This document shows positions 24,265 through 35,247 of a stretch of 64,000 nt of DNA, piece after piece. The DNA comes from Fimbriosthenelais zetlandica (taxonomy: Eukaryota). The stretch lies in NCBI GenBank assembly GCA_977030845.1, contig OZ365118.1:18228001-18292000 (forward strand). Direction: 5' to 3'. The notes beneath the pieces are model-generated. The model was not told where the DNA came from. It made no database searches and saw only the letters and a program-made list of their open reading frames with translations. Position numbers and translations under genes: made by a program. Each line of letters begins with the position of its first letter. The stretch's first letter is position 1.

Positions 24265-25860
24265 TCAAGACTCTTTTTGCTTTGATCCCATGAAAATATT
24301 TCGGCGAATACAACGCCAACATGTTCTTAACAAGATAAAGATGATGGAGATGAGAATGATAAAGATGGTGAATAGAAAGCCTAGGACGTCGACACAGTAG
24401 AGCTGTAGAGTAGACAGGTCAGTCAAGGCGTCACACGTCAGTCTGGCCGCTCCTTTATGCCGCATCATGTACTCAGCGTAGAAGATGAACCGTTGTTTGG
24501 CCGTCAAGGGATGGTCTTTAAGAAGCTGTGAGTTGTACACCGCTCTCTCCTTGTATTTCACCTCATCCAGTACTTGCCTTATTCCATGCTCCAGGCTTGT
24601 ACTGGTCATTGTGTGCATGTCCACGTGCACGCCCATCTGGGCGTTCTTGGTCAGTTTGACGGCGTTATCGTGTTGGTCAAACATGAGGGGAATAGCCACC
24701 ACTGGTACACCATGATGAAGAGCTTCATACGTACCGTGTATTCCACAATGAGTGATGAACACCTTGGTGTTAGGATGAGCCAGGAGATCATTCTGAGGTA
24801 GCCAGTCTAACAGCATGGTATTGTTAGCCAGGTTAGGCGGGGCTACGGTGCTCGCCAGTCGCCAGATGACCCTTTGTTTTAATGTACCAAGCACCCCGGC
24901 TATTAACTCAGTTTTAGACGCGTCCATTTGGTCAATCAATGAACCAAATGAGACGAGAACCACCCCGGCCCGCCCTGCCCCGTCCATGAAGTCTTTTATA
25001 TGTGCCTCCAGTGGTTGAACGTTTGGTACATGCATCCCTCCCACCAGCACCACATTGGGCAGCAAAGGTCGCGAGTCCTCCAGCACAAAATCTGTGTGAG
25101 ACACATACATCTGGTCTGTAAAGGCATTAGTCAGTGACCGTGTGTTTTCACCCTGATTAATGCCATACTTTTGTTGTAGATCTTCAAAAGTTCCTATAAA
25201 CGAAGGCTCAACCAATTCTTTTATAGCGAACATGATACAAAAGTTCTTGACCCTTTGTATAAATGTCATTCTGCTGGTCAATTTGGAGAAAGGAGTTGGG
25301 ACAATGGACGGGAGGTTTGGGAATAAAGCTGGGTCATGTACCAGACCAGTGCTGGAGTAGGCCATGGTAGGTACCCCCAGATAGATGCTCAATACCCGCC
25401 CACAACTCTCAACAAAGTCCACAATGAGCAGATCAAACTGCTCATCTTTGAGTTGCTCCAGTAAAACCTTGTGTTTGAGGAGCTCTTCACACAAGGTGGC
25501 ATGTGCTTCTAGAAGGTTATTAAGAACCTGCGTCATGCTACGCACAGAGCTGTCTGACTTCATAAACTTGTCCTTCCGTGACTGATCGGCAATGAAGGGG
25601 TTCCTTGTTGGTGGTGCTGAGTAAATGTAAAAGTTGACTTTGGGGACCTTCTCTAAATGAACCCTGTCCTCCTGGTTCACCAAAATGGTCACATTGTGCC
25701 CAGCTTCACTGAGATAATAACCCATGTTCCTCATGTCCACCAATCTGCTTGTAAATCCATGGCCATAGGGGAACAGCAGCACCCGACCTGCATTGACCCC
25801 GCTTAAAACGACAGATATTAGTCCTAGAATGGACCACAGTGTCCTCACAGGCCCTGTCAT
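24265..25860 (-). CDS. UGT: UDP-glucuronosyl/glycosyltransferase (GT1, membrane-bound UGT), copy A, 531 aa, intronless CDS
   Basis: Signal peptide, FDLLIVD, VSFGS, full UGT signature WLPQNDLLAHPNTKVFITHCGIHGTYEALHHGVPVVAIPLMFDQHDNA, C-terminal TM (YCVDVLGFL...) and KxKxx ER-retention tail (KQKES). Confidence 0.96.
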   Translation of the reverse strand: MTGPVRTLWSILGLISVVLSGVNAGRVLLFPYGHGFTSRLVDMRNMGYYLSEAGHNVTILVNQEDRVHLEKVPKVNFYIYSAPPTRNPFIADQSRKDKFMKSDSSVRSMTQVLNNLLEAHATLCEELLKHKVLLEQLKDEQFDLLIVDFVESCGRVLSIYLGVPTMAYSSTGLVHDPALFPNLPSIVPTPFSKLTSRMTFIQRVKNFCIMFAIKELVEPSFIGTFEDLQQKYGINQGENTRSLTNAFTDQMYVSHTDFVLEDSRPLLPNVVLVGGMHVPNVQPLEAHIKDFMDGAGRAGVVLVSFGSLIDQMDASKTELIAGVLGTLKQRVIWRLASTVAPPNLANNTMLLDWLPQNDLLAHPNTKVFITHCGIHGTYEALHHGVPVVAIPLMFDQHDNAVKLTKNAQMGVHVDMHTMTSTSLEHGIRQVLDEVKYKERAVYNSQLLKDHPLTAKQRFIFYAEYMMRHKGAARLTCDALTDLSTLQLYCVDVLGFLFTIFIILISIIFILLRTCWRCIRRNIFMGSKQKES

Positions 25861-28529
25861 TGTCCTTTATAGGCGATGTATATGCTTTCTAGTTGCTATG
25901 CCTGTTCCAGGTTGATTCCACACCAAATAATAAGTCAGTATTTAATAATTCCTGAAATTATTATGTCATGGATAGGTGACAAAATAAGAAGAGTCCAAGG
26001 TTCAAGTACACTGGGTATATGAGTTAGCCTGATAATGCTTCAATGGTAGTACCTCAGACCAATGTCATGTGATTCATTTATCAACTGATTTAAAGTAATA
26101 GCTATTATATACATGTAGAGTAATAGCTATATTTAGTACACAGTTGTGTGCTTTTGTTTACGTATAGACCAATTCCTAATGTTAGAGACACGTCTAGGGT
26201 CTGTCTAGACACGTGCTTCGATACAATTGGAAAGTTATATAATTTCTAACAGTAGGTCAATGACTTGAAGCACATAATTAGAATGGTCCCAGGTGAAAAT
26301 GTAGTAACACATGTAAAGTAATAGCTATATCATGGGATCCAAAGGTGATCCATGGCTCACCTTTCTTTGCTGATTCTTTAATATCAGCTGTGGGTCTGTT
26401 CCTGACATATATATCCTTCCTCACAGTGGACTTTATGTTCCCCAGCCCTGATAGATCCTAAAGCGGTGGTAATTCACAGTATGAATGACATGACATGACA
26501 TGTATATATATATCACCCTCCACACCAGCGGTCACCAGATCCAGGTCTCCCACCTATACTTAATCTATTGTTGACTTAGTTCACTGACCCACTTTATTCC
26601 CCACTACCTTATACACCACACAGGTTTTATGAACTTTTTCGTTTCCTGATCATGTTTCCCTGATCATGACCCTTTTCTGCTCTCCCTCACTAGGTTGCAG
26701 CACAAGTTAAATTGTTTCTGAGCGAATGAATGAGTGGCAGGGGTTTTTGGAGGGAGAAAGTAATCTGTGGTGTAACAGTTGGGTATTTTTCAGGGTTTTC
26801 TGACACATGATGTATGACTCTTACTGAATGTTTGACTATATGATGGCCAGGTTAAACTCTACTAGCTTTTTAGGTAGTATTTTTTTGGCAAATATAACGA
26901 AAAGTTTGATCTATTTCTGTACCAATCCATTGTCGAGATCCATGACTTGGATGCTAGTTCCTTCATGGTACCCTCTACCTATAACTAAGGGACCCAGATA
27001 AAGGATTATGATTATGGATTTAGCCCTAATATTAACGTGTTTTCATTCAGCATTAGCCTTGTGCTGACTGAATAACAACAATCTGTCTAGCCAGCCATCA
27101 ACTGTAACATTGGCTTGCCAGGACAAAGCCAGACAGCCCTGTCTTTGTGCACTTTATCTTTTGGGCCCATCCTCACCCATCCCTCCTCTCCCTTCTTTAC
27201 CATCAGAAAGCTGCCACTGAATAAAGAGAGAGTGGGAGGAGAAAAAAGAAGCCGGATTAACAAGAAGTGTGGAGGGAGACAGAGACAAGGTGGCAGGCGG
27301 TTTTGTTTGCTGGTGAGGACAATTTGTTGTCTTTGAGTAGAATGACTGGCTTGTCGCTTCCCATCGCCACCGATCCGCTCCACCCATAGACCGGCACTGA
27401 CAGGGGGAGACGGGGGCCTTCCTAATCACTAAATCACTTTATTTTACTTCTGGAATTGTTCTTCTATTGTCCATCACAGGTATAGAAGGGGCGGGGGAGG
27501 TGCTGGCACGGGCTATTTGCTGGCTTGTCAAGCCTGGGAACTGGCAAGAAAAGGGGGAAAGAATTAAGATGCACCTTTTTCATCTTGGATGATTTGCTAT
27601 GGTCCACGAAAAGTCCTATTTTAACTTTTCACACTTAGTTGATTGAAATTCGTGTGATTCTCCCTCTCCATTGGATTTTACGTACATTTATTAACGGTTG
27701 CTAAAACATACTGCTTTGGATGATGGATATATGATACAGTCAGATCTTATGAACAGAACCATTTCATAATCTACTGTTACTTTATATGTTATGTCATATT
27801 GATGCCTGGCTCAACCATTGGCCACTTTCAGTCATGGTATGTGGTTCCAGGTGAAGCATCTAAGGCAGCTGGTTGATGACTTTACTACAGTGCCCACTCT
27901 ACTAACCCTGACCACTTGTAAAGACCACTCAACTTCCTCTACACTGCTGTTACCTTGGCAACCATCTATCTAATAGAAATATTCCCTCTAGCACGAGGTG
28001 GTTAGATACTGTAAGGACATAGGTCTGCTCATCCCTCTGTTAGCTACTCCAGCATATTGGTCCCCTCTCACAGAACTGTCCCCCAGACTTCACACGTCAG
28101 ATATAGTAGAGCCCGTCAGTTCATGGGTTTGTAGATTACGTTTTGATGACCTCTCTCACAGAGGTAACTAGTCATTATCAATGTACCCAGCCCTGATGGC
28201 CATCACTTAGGTCAATGACCACATGGTCACATTATTTTAATTCCATACAATGCCGTTATTCCAGTGTTGTCATTCATCAATTTATTCAGACAAATATGTG
28301 AACAGAAAGTGTTTTCTTACCAATACACAGAAATGACGGACATAATTTTGTCAGTTTGGGATAAAACGGATAGAATTGATTCAAATTAGGCCCTATAGAC
28401 ATATTATCACTATGTGGAACATTATTCTAGAAAAAGAATTTTATTCTAGAAAAAGTCTAAATACTTTCATATCATGTTTGCTTCTTAATTATAATGCGAA
28501 AACAAATGCTTTTTAAAAGTGTTTCGCCA

Positions 28530-30116
28530 TCAGGCCACTTTTTGCTTTGAACTCTTGTGAAGAACACAACGCCAACATGTTCTAAACAAGATAAAGACGA
28601 TGGAGATGAGAATGATAAAGATGGTGAATAGAAAGCCTAGGACGTCGACACAGTAGAGCTGTAGAGTAGACAGGTCAGTCAAGGCGTCACACGTCAGTCT
28701 GGCCGCTCCTTTATGCCGCATCATGTACTCAGCGTAGAAGATGAACCGTTGTTTGGCCGTCAAGGGATGGTCTTTAAGAAGCTGTGAGTTGTACACCGCT
28801 CTCTCCTTGTATTTCACCTCATCCAGTACTTGCCTTATTCCATGCTCCAGGCTTGTGCTGGTCATTGTGTGCATGTCCACGTGCACGCCCATCTGGGCGT
28901 TCTTGGTCAGTTTGACGGCGTTATCGTGTTGGTCAAACATGAGGGGAATAGCCACCACTGGTACACCATGATGAAGAGCTTCATACGTACCGTGTATTCC
29001 ACAATGAGTGATGAACACCTTGGTGTTAGGATGAGCCAGGAGATCATTCTGAGGTAGCCAGTCTAACAGCATGGTATTGTTAGCCAGGTTAGGCGGGGCT
29101 GCGGTGCTCGCCAGTCGCCAGATGACCCTTTGTTTTAATGTACCAAGCACCCCGGCTATTAACTCAGTTTTAGACGCGTCCATTTGGCCAATCAATGAAC
29201 CAAATGAGACGAGAACCACCCCGGCCCGCCCTGCCCCGTCCATGAAGTCTTTTATATGTGCCTCCAGTGGTTGAACGTTTGGTACATGCATCCCTCCCAC
29301 CAGCACCACATTGGGCAGCAAAGGTCGCGAGTCCTCCAGCACAAAATCTGTGTGAGACACATACATCTGGTCTGTAAAGGCATTAATCAGTGACCGTGTG
29401 TTTTCACCCTGATTAATACCATACTTTTGTTGAAGATCTTCAAAAGCTCCAGTATAAATAGGCTTCACCACCGCCATTGCAACTAACATGATCAAAAAGT
29501 TCTTGACCCTTTCTGTGAAGCTCATTCTGCTGGTCATCTTAGTAATAGGCAAAGGGACTATGGAAGGGAGATTCGGGAATAAAGCTGGATCAGGTTCCAA
29601 GCCAGTGCTGGAATAGACCATAGTCGGAACCCCGAGATGTAGAGTCAGAACCCTACCACAGCTGTCTCCGTAATCCACAATGAGCAGATCAAACTGCTCA
29701 CCTTTGAGTTGCTCCAGTAAAACCTTTTGTTTGAGGAGCTCTTCACACAAGGCGGCTTGTGCTTCTACAAGGTTATTAAGAACCTGCGCCAAGCCACCCA
29801 CCGAGTTGTGTGACTTCATAAACTTGTCCTTCCGTGACTGATCGGCAATGAAGGGGTTCCTTGTTGGTGGTGCTGGGTAAATGTAAAAGTTGACTTTGGG
29901 GATCTTCTCTAAATGAACCCTGTCCTCCTGGTTCACCAGAATGGTCACATTGTGCCCAGCTTCACTGAGATAATAACCCATGTTCCTCATGTCCACCAAT
30001 ATGCTTGTAAATCCATGGCCATAGGGGAACAGCAGCACCCGACCTGCATTGACCCCGCTTAAAACGACAGATATTAGTCCTAGAATGGACCACAGTGTCC
30101 TCACAGGCCCTGTCAT
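28530..30116 (-). CDS. UGT: UDP-glucuronosyl/glycosyltransferase, copy B, 528 aa, intronless CDS
   Basis: Same architecture and signature as copy A, collinear at a 4256-bp offset; tail KQKVA. Confidence 0.96.
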   Translation of the reverse strand: MTGPVRTLWSILGLISVVLSGVNAGRVLLFPYGHGFTSILVDMRNMGYYLSEAGHNVTILVNQEDRVHLEKIPKVNFYIYPAPPTRNPFIADQSRKDKFMKSHNSVGGLAQVLNNLVEAQAALCEELLKQKVLLEQLKGEQFDLLIVDYGDSCGRVLTLHLGVPTMVYSSTGLEPDPALFPNLPSIVPLPITKMTSRMSFTERVKNFLIMLVAMAVVKPIYTGAFEDLQQKYGINQGENTRSLINAFTDQMYVSHTDFVLEDSRPLLPNVVLVGGMHVPNVQPLEAHIKDFMDGAGRAGVVLVSFGSLIGQMDASKTELIAGVLGTLKQRVIWRLASTAAPPNLANNTMLLDWLPQNDLLAHPNTKVFITHCGIHGTYEALHHGVPVVAIPLMFDQHDNAVKLTKNAQMGVHVDMHTMTSTSLEHGIRQVLDEVKYKERAVYNSQLLKDHPLTAKQRFIFYAEYMMRHKGAARLTCDALTDLSTLQLYCVDVLGFLFTIFIILISIVFILFRTCWRCVLHKSSKQKVA

Positions 30117-30389
30117 TATCCTGTGGGTTCAAGAAGCCTTAAAATTGTTGAGAATCTCTTCGGAAACGGCTCTTTTTAACGCAGGAAAAGATTAGTAGTG
30201 AAGTGACTAGCTGGATGAAGTATAGCATTTTATAGTCACATTAGGCCGGGTTTCCTTTCTGATAGATCTGCAGGCAGTCTTATATAATAACCATGGGTTA
30301 TGTTATGGTTGCCAGTAGACCTGCATGGTCTTTTGACGGTCTCACTGTACCTGTTGTCTCTCTGGCTATTGAGTCAGTGAATTAGCCCC

Positions 30390-32300
30390 CCCCCCCTCTA
30401 TGTCAGATGAATTCTTGCTGCTTGTACAGTATAATATATAATTTGAGCCACAAGCCTTACATAGGGCTGTGTCGGTATATCTACGATACATGCGTTCAGA
30501 AAGGCACGTGTCTGTAGTCTGTAGTGTAGTTTGAGATGTGAAATGTCAGATGGGTCTAAAACGCTCCAGTTTGGCCCAACATGCACGCCTCCAGTGTGTC
30601 ACCATCTTTAGGAGCACGCACACACGCCTCCAGTGTGCGTACCTTTCATCTTCTGGTATGCAGCTTGACAATAGACTCATTGTCATCCCGGAGAAGCTCG
30701 TGAGTGGCTCAGTAATATCTCCCGTCTTTGATAACCCCCTCTACTCGCTCTATTACCAGCGATCACTATCGACTAAATAATGCACCGCACACACATGTAG
30801 TCATTAGGACAAATCACCGCAATCTCCCTTGTTCTCTCCAAAACCAGAAGCAATAATCTTCATCAAGTTCTCAAAAGAAGTCAAAATTCAACTGAAGATC
30901 CTTCTAAGGTCCTTCTATACTTTAAAATGCGTCCATCCATCCAACTCTAAGGCCGTAGGGTGCTTTTAGGACAAAGCAGTATGACTTGGAATATCTGAAA
31001 TTTCATAATAATGATATTAGTCATTTTAATCTCTACAAGTACTAATACAAATGTAAGGAGAGCAGCTTGAAACCCTGGTTTTTTCAGACCCCGCATGTAA
31101 TATTGTTATATATCACAGTGGATTATATAAAGAATACATCCAGTCCATACCAGAGTGAGCAGCACAAAAGACCTGACGCTCCCAGCTTATATGGGTGCTG
31201 ATAATGGCTAGCGATAATTGTCCATTTCTCCATGCAGGCGACATAATTGGCCAGCAGACTGACTTACTGTTCCTGTAGTAATAGCTCTGTCAATATGAAC
31301 CAGGCTCTGTCAGCCCTACCTACAGTTCTTTACACGTCCATGCACCGATCCCCGAGGTGTTCCTCTCACTGTATGGTGCACTTGGAATCAGGATATAATT
31401 AAAAGAGATTCATCATTTAAACACTTTTTAATCAAAATCTGGATGGCTAAATTTCCAATATGGAACATAGGGCTTTAGGGCGTATACATAATATTAACTG
31501 TCCTGGTTTACTAGAAATGTCTGCCGGGATATATGGTCCTATAGCAGGGACTCCTGTATAGAACTGTTAAATAAGGTGATAGGGTCGGCCAGTCACATCC
31601 TTCTCTGTGTAGAAGGAAACCCTTGCTATTTTCAGCTCATGTTTAGATTGGGTAGAAAAACTTCTCTACATCAGCCTCCGAGAAGGGTGCCTTACATTAG
31701 TATAACCTTTTCATCTCTTTGAAATTCTAGGATGGATCTATTTGTATAGATCTATGTACTCATGTTTTACACAGTTATACTGGGAGAGTTATATTTATAT
31801 CTTGTCTACAATACGGTTGTTTGATATGAAAGCAATCCTCAGTAAACATCTTTATTCTTGAACGGTTAAAATTTCTGGTTCATTCAGATTCACCTTGTAC
31901 GAATGCCTCTGAAAGTTTATCTTCAAAAGTGAATACTTCTATGTATTCTTTATATGACTATGAGTTTGTAATATGACGATTAATTGTATCGTAATTTCTA
32001 GGGGGATTAATCACCTTAGGCCCCTTTCAACCAATATCACTTCAAAATTGTCACCATTTCCCCTTTACATCTTTTAATGACATTTACCCACTTTACACCT
32101 GTTTCTCCTTCTCCCCCTTAATTCATTTACTCCCAAAATCCATCGCAGTAGGAATGGTGTAAGAGGTGGCCGTACCTGTAAGGTTGTCTCTGCCTCCCTC
32201 TGGTCGATCTCAAAGCTCCAGTAAACTTCATTTGTGAAGTCAGAGGCTGACAGAAACATCATGGAATACATTAAACATGGATGAGGAGGGAAGTCAGCTT
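30390..32300 (-). mobile_element. Highly decayed L1/Tx1-like LINE ORF2 relic (RT region to zinc knuckle)
   Basis: Minus-strand fragments in LINE order: PRNYDTIN..SYK (approx. 32000), NFKEMKRLY (approx. 31715), frameshifted LHR-G..GDP-SPYL (approx. 31590-31570), LHYRLQTRAFLN (approx. 30510), TDTALCKACG (approx. 30460). Numerous stops and frameshifts. Confidence 0.5.
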
Positions 32301-32447
32301 AAAGGGCCACCGACAAACGCTATGTTTGTATCGTATATTAAGAAGAAAACTTTTAGGAACCTTATGCAATCACACAGTCACAGAAAAAGTGTAGTATATT
32401 TGGTTGTGTAGTGGGCCCACTATACGGAAATTTGTATATGTTTTGAT

Positions 32448-32548
32448 ACCATTCATTTCATAGTATAAAGTTCCCATATTTCCATTCACTTCATAGTATA
32501 AAGTTCCCATATTTCCATTCACGTCATAGTACAAAGTTCCCATATTTC
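32448..32548 (+). repeat. 33-bp tandem repeat x approx. 3
   Basis: Unit TCATAGTATAAAGTTCCCATATTTCCATTCACT at 32458, 32491, 32524. Confidence 0.9.
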
Positions 32549-35127
32549 TGTAGTATTGTATTTTCTAGAGAGGAAAGTGTAGAAGCTATTGTGGCTTTTA
32601 ATGTCCATGTAGCAGTAAGCCACTGTACGGAGTCTTAAAACGTAACAAATACACCCATTGATACAGCTCCTTCACTCCTCGCTATTACCAATACAATCTA
32701 ATTGCTTCAACAAATTGTATGGCCACATGCCAGAAGTTGATAAGTCATTTCAACCTGCTGTAGATCGGGTCGGGAGGCAGCGTGCACGCACCCCGGACGA
32801 CCCCCAAGCACGGCATGCCTTCATCAGCGCATCAGTTTTTTTTTTGCATTTTCCAGCTGGGAAGGGAAATCTTCATGAAATGTCCAAAGATCTTCCGTTG
32901 CCGCAGGCATCATGAACTGAATAAAAACAGGAGATTTGGCCTAGAATCGTGCCACTAAATACACCTTTATTTGGTGAAATGATCTGAAAGTTGATTAAAC
33001 TGATATTAGCCTACATAACAGGATGGCTATAAAATCATTGTTTATAAAGTAAAATTGAATTTTTACATGGGACCTTTTCTTTTGATTAATTTCAAATTAG
33101 TCCTATATACATGTATGTCTAATCTCATGGTTTGTTTTGACCAGAACCTAGCCAGCCGTATAATCGCTTACCAATTGCCTATTACTAGTTCAAAATAATC
33201 CTATATGGAATTTATTTTTGAACCCAAACCTGTTGTGATTGCTTGTAGGTGAGGAGGCTCAACCCTCGACGGTCAATGTAGGACAAGCTACTTGACTCTG
33301 AGACAAGCTACACCAGACGTCTGCTACAAGGTAGGCATATTATCTATGGAATATTTCATTTCTGACTCATCCTATATTTCTCAGATTGACCGCAGTTTAA
33401 GGCAAGTGTAAAATAAGATTACATTCAGTTATGAGCTAAACTTCGAGTTCAATTGTTAATATATTTTGGCTTTGTTCATCTGTAGGACTCGAACACACTC
33501 AACCACTCAACAAACATGACCAGGTAGGCATCAGTACTCCATAATCTTATCAAATCTTTAGTATTAGAGCAAATGGTCAGAAAATCGATTAAAATTGTTC
33601 TGGTATAGTCTTCCTCAGAGTCTGGTGACTTGGTAATATTTGACGTGAGATGGAGAATGTGACATTTATATTCATCTCTGTGCACCATTACTCTATGATA
33701 GTCATATCCCTGCCCTCAGCCACACCCCACACTTACTAACGAGTCCTATGGGATCATTTCCTCATGCTCCCTGCCCTCACCTATGGCAAATCTGTCACCA
33801 TCATATCCCGCCTCGTACTTGACTTGACAGAAAGCGCATCAAACTACAATCCTCTCACGCTGGTTCATAGCTTTCACATTGAATGACCACCTGAATGTGT
33901 GTGAATTCATGGTCAATGCCTATAATTCATGTATCATTTGTTTGTTAGACTCTCATTTGTTCACCGTGAGAAGGTTATGTTCACATGCTCTAACTCTCCA
34001 CTGTCTGCTCTCATCGATTTTGTAAATTTAAGTACGTTGTGTGAATGTCTGTTATAAAGGTTCTAAATGTCTATTATAAAGTACAGTAGAATGTTCTCAC
34101 CCATTGAGTGGGGGTGTCTGGTGCAGGTCTGAATGATTGATACCCAATGGGCAGATTACAGTATGCTTGTACATTGGATACAAACCAAATTTACTCGCCT
34201 TATACATTGGGTGGTCCTTGGCCAGGTGAGATCGATAGTAGGTATATCAGGTACATTGAGGTAAACCATCTGAAATGAATAGCAATAGATGGGCATATAG
34301 CAGAGGTGTATATCAACATGGGTATATATCAATCATATAGGATTAGAAGGGGATGGTCTCACTCAGGAGATAACTGATGTGTGTTGTCTTTCCCATATCA
34401 ACACTTGTGTATATTTCAATATTGATCTGATTATTGTTATATCTTTGTTGCAAACACCTTGATATCTGTAAGGAGAATGCATCTTCACCTCGTATTATGA
34501 TGGCCTATGTTTTAGTGGCCCATACTGAACCTATTTCTTTCAATCTGATAAGATTTGTAGAAAAATCCTATTTTCTCATATTAAACATGGGCTTAAAAAT
34601 AACAACACAAAGAGAGTATGTGGGTGCCATGTTAGTTTTAATCATGCCATGTAGCATGTAGATGACCAACATGTGATTACCCACCAGCTGGTAATTGACG
34701 TGAAGTAAAAAGCTTCACCAGGAATACTGACAATCATGGAAGTCGCTCATAATGAATCTCAATCACCCCTGCTTTATGGCATGTTATTAACTCTACTCCA
34801 GACTCCAGTAGATGGCTTGAGGTGCGTCAGCCATGCACCTTTAATAAGGTATTTAGCTTAAAAGCCTGGGTGTATTCCACTTTGAAATGATAACTCATAA
34901 CTCATAACTGGCAGCTGATGAGATGACTAGATCTCAAGTCTTGGTAACTTTGAATCATCGTGAAATAACTTGTTCATGTTTGAATGAAATGTCATTATTT
35001 TGGTAGACTTTGGTTGTCTTAGAATTTCACCCATTCAACCATTGACCATTTTATCAGGATGTCATCACTCCCATCTCAGCTGTCATACCCTGCCTGTCAG
35101 ATAACAATCTGTTTCTGTCAAATGTAC

Positions 35128-35247
35128 GACAGACATGGCTGTCATTGCTTGACAGACATGCTGACATTGCTTGACAGACATGCTGGCATTGCTTGACAGA
35201 CATGGCTGGCGTTGCTTGACAGACATGGCTGGCGTTGCTTGACAGAC
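35128..35247 (+). repeat. 22-23 bp minisatellite x5
   Basis: GACAGACATG(G)CTG..TTGCTT units start at 35128, 35151, 35173, 35195, 35218. Confidence 0.92.

Noticed and set aside
27087-27429. Three overlapping ORFs between the UGTs
   Set aside because: Purine/pyrimidine-biased low-complexity sequence with no domain and no convincing splice sites.
24485-29274. Plus-strand ORFs duplicated in both UGT copies
   Set aside because: Antisense shadows; their identity simply reflects the UGT homogenisation.
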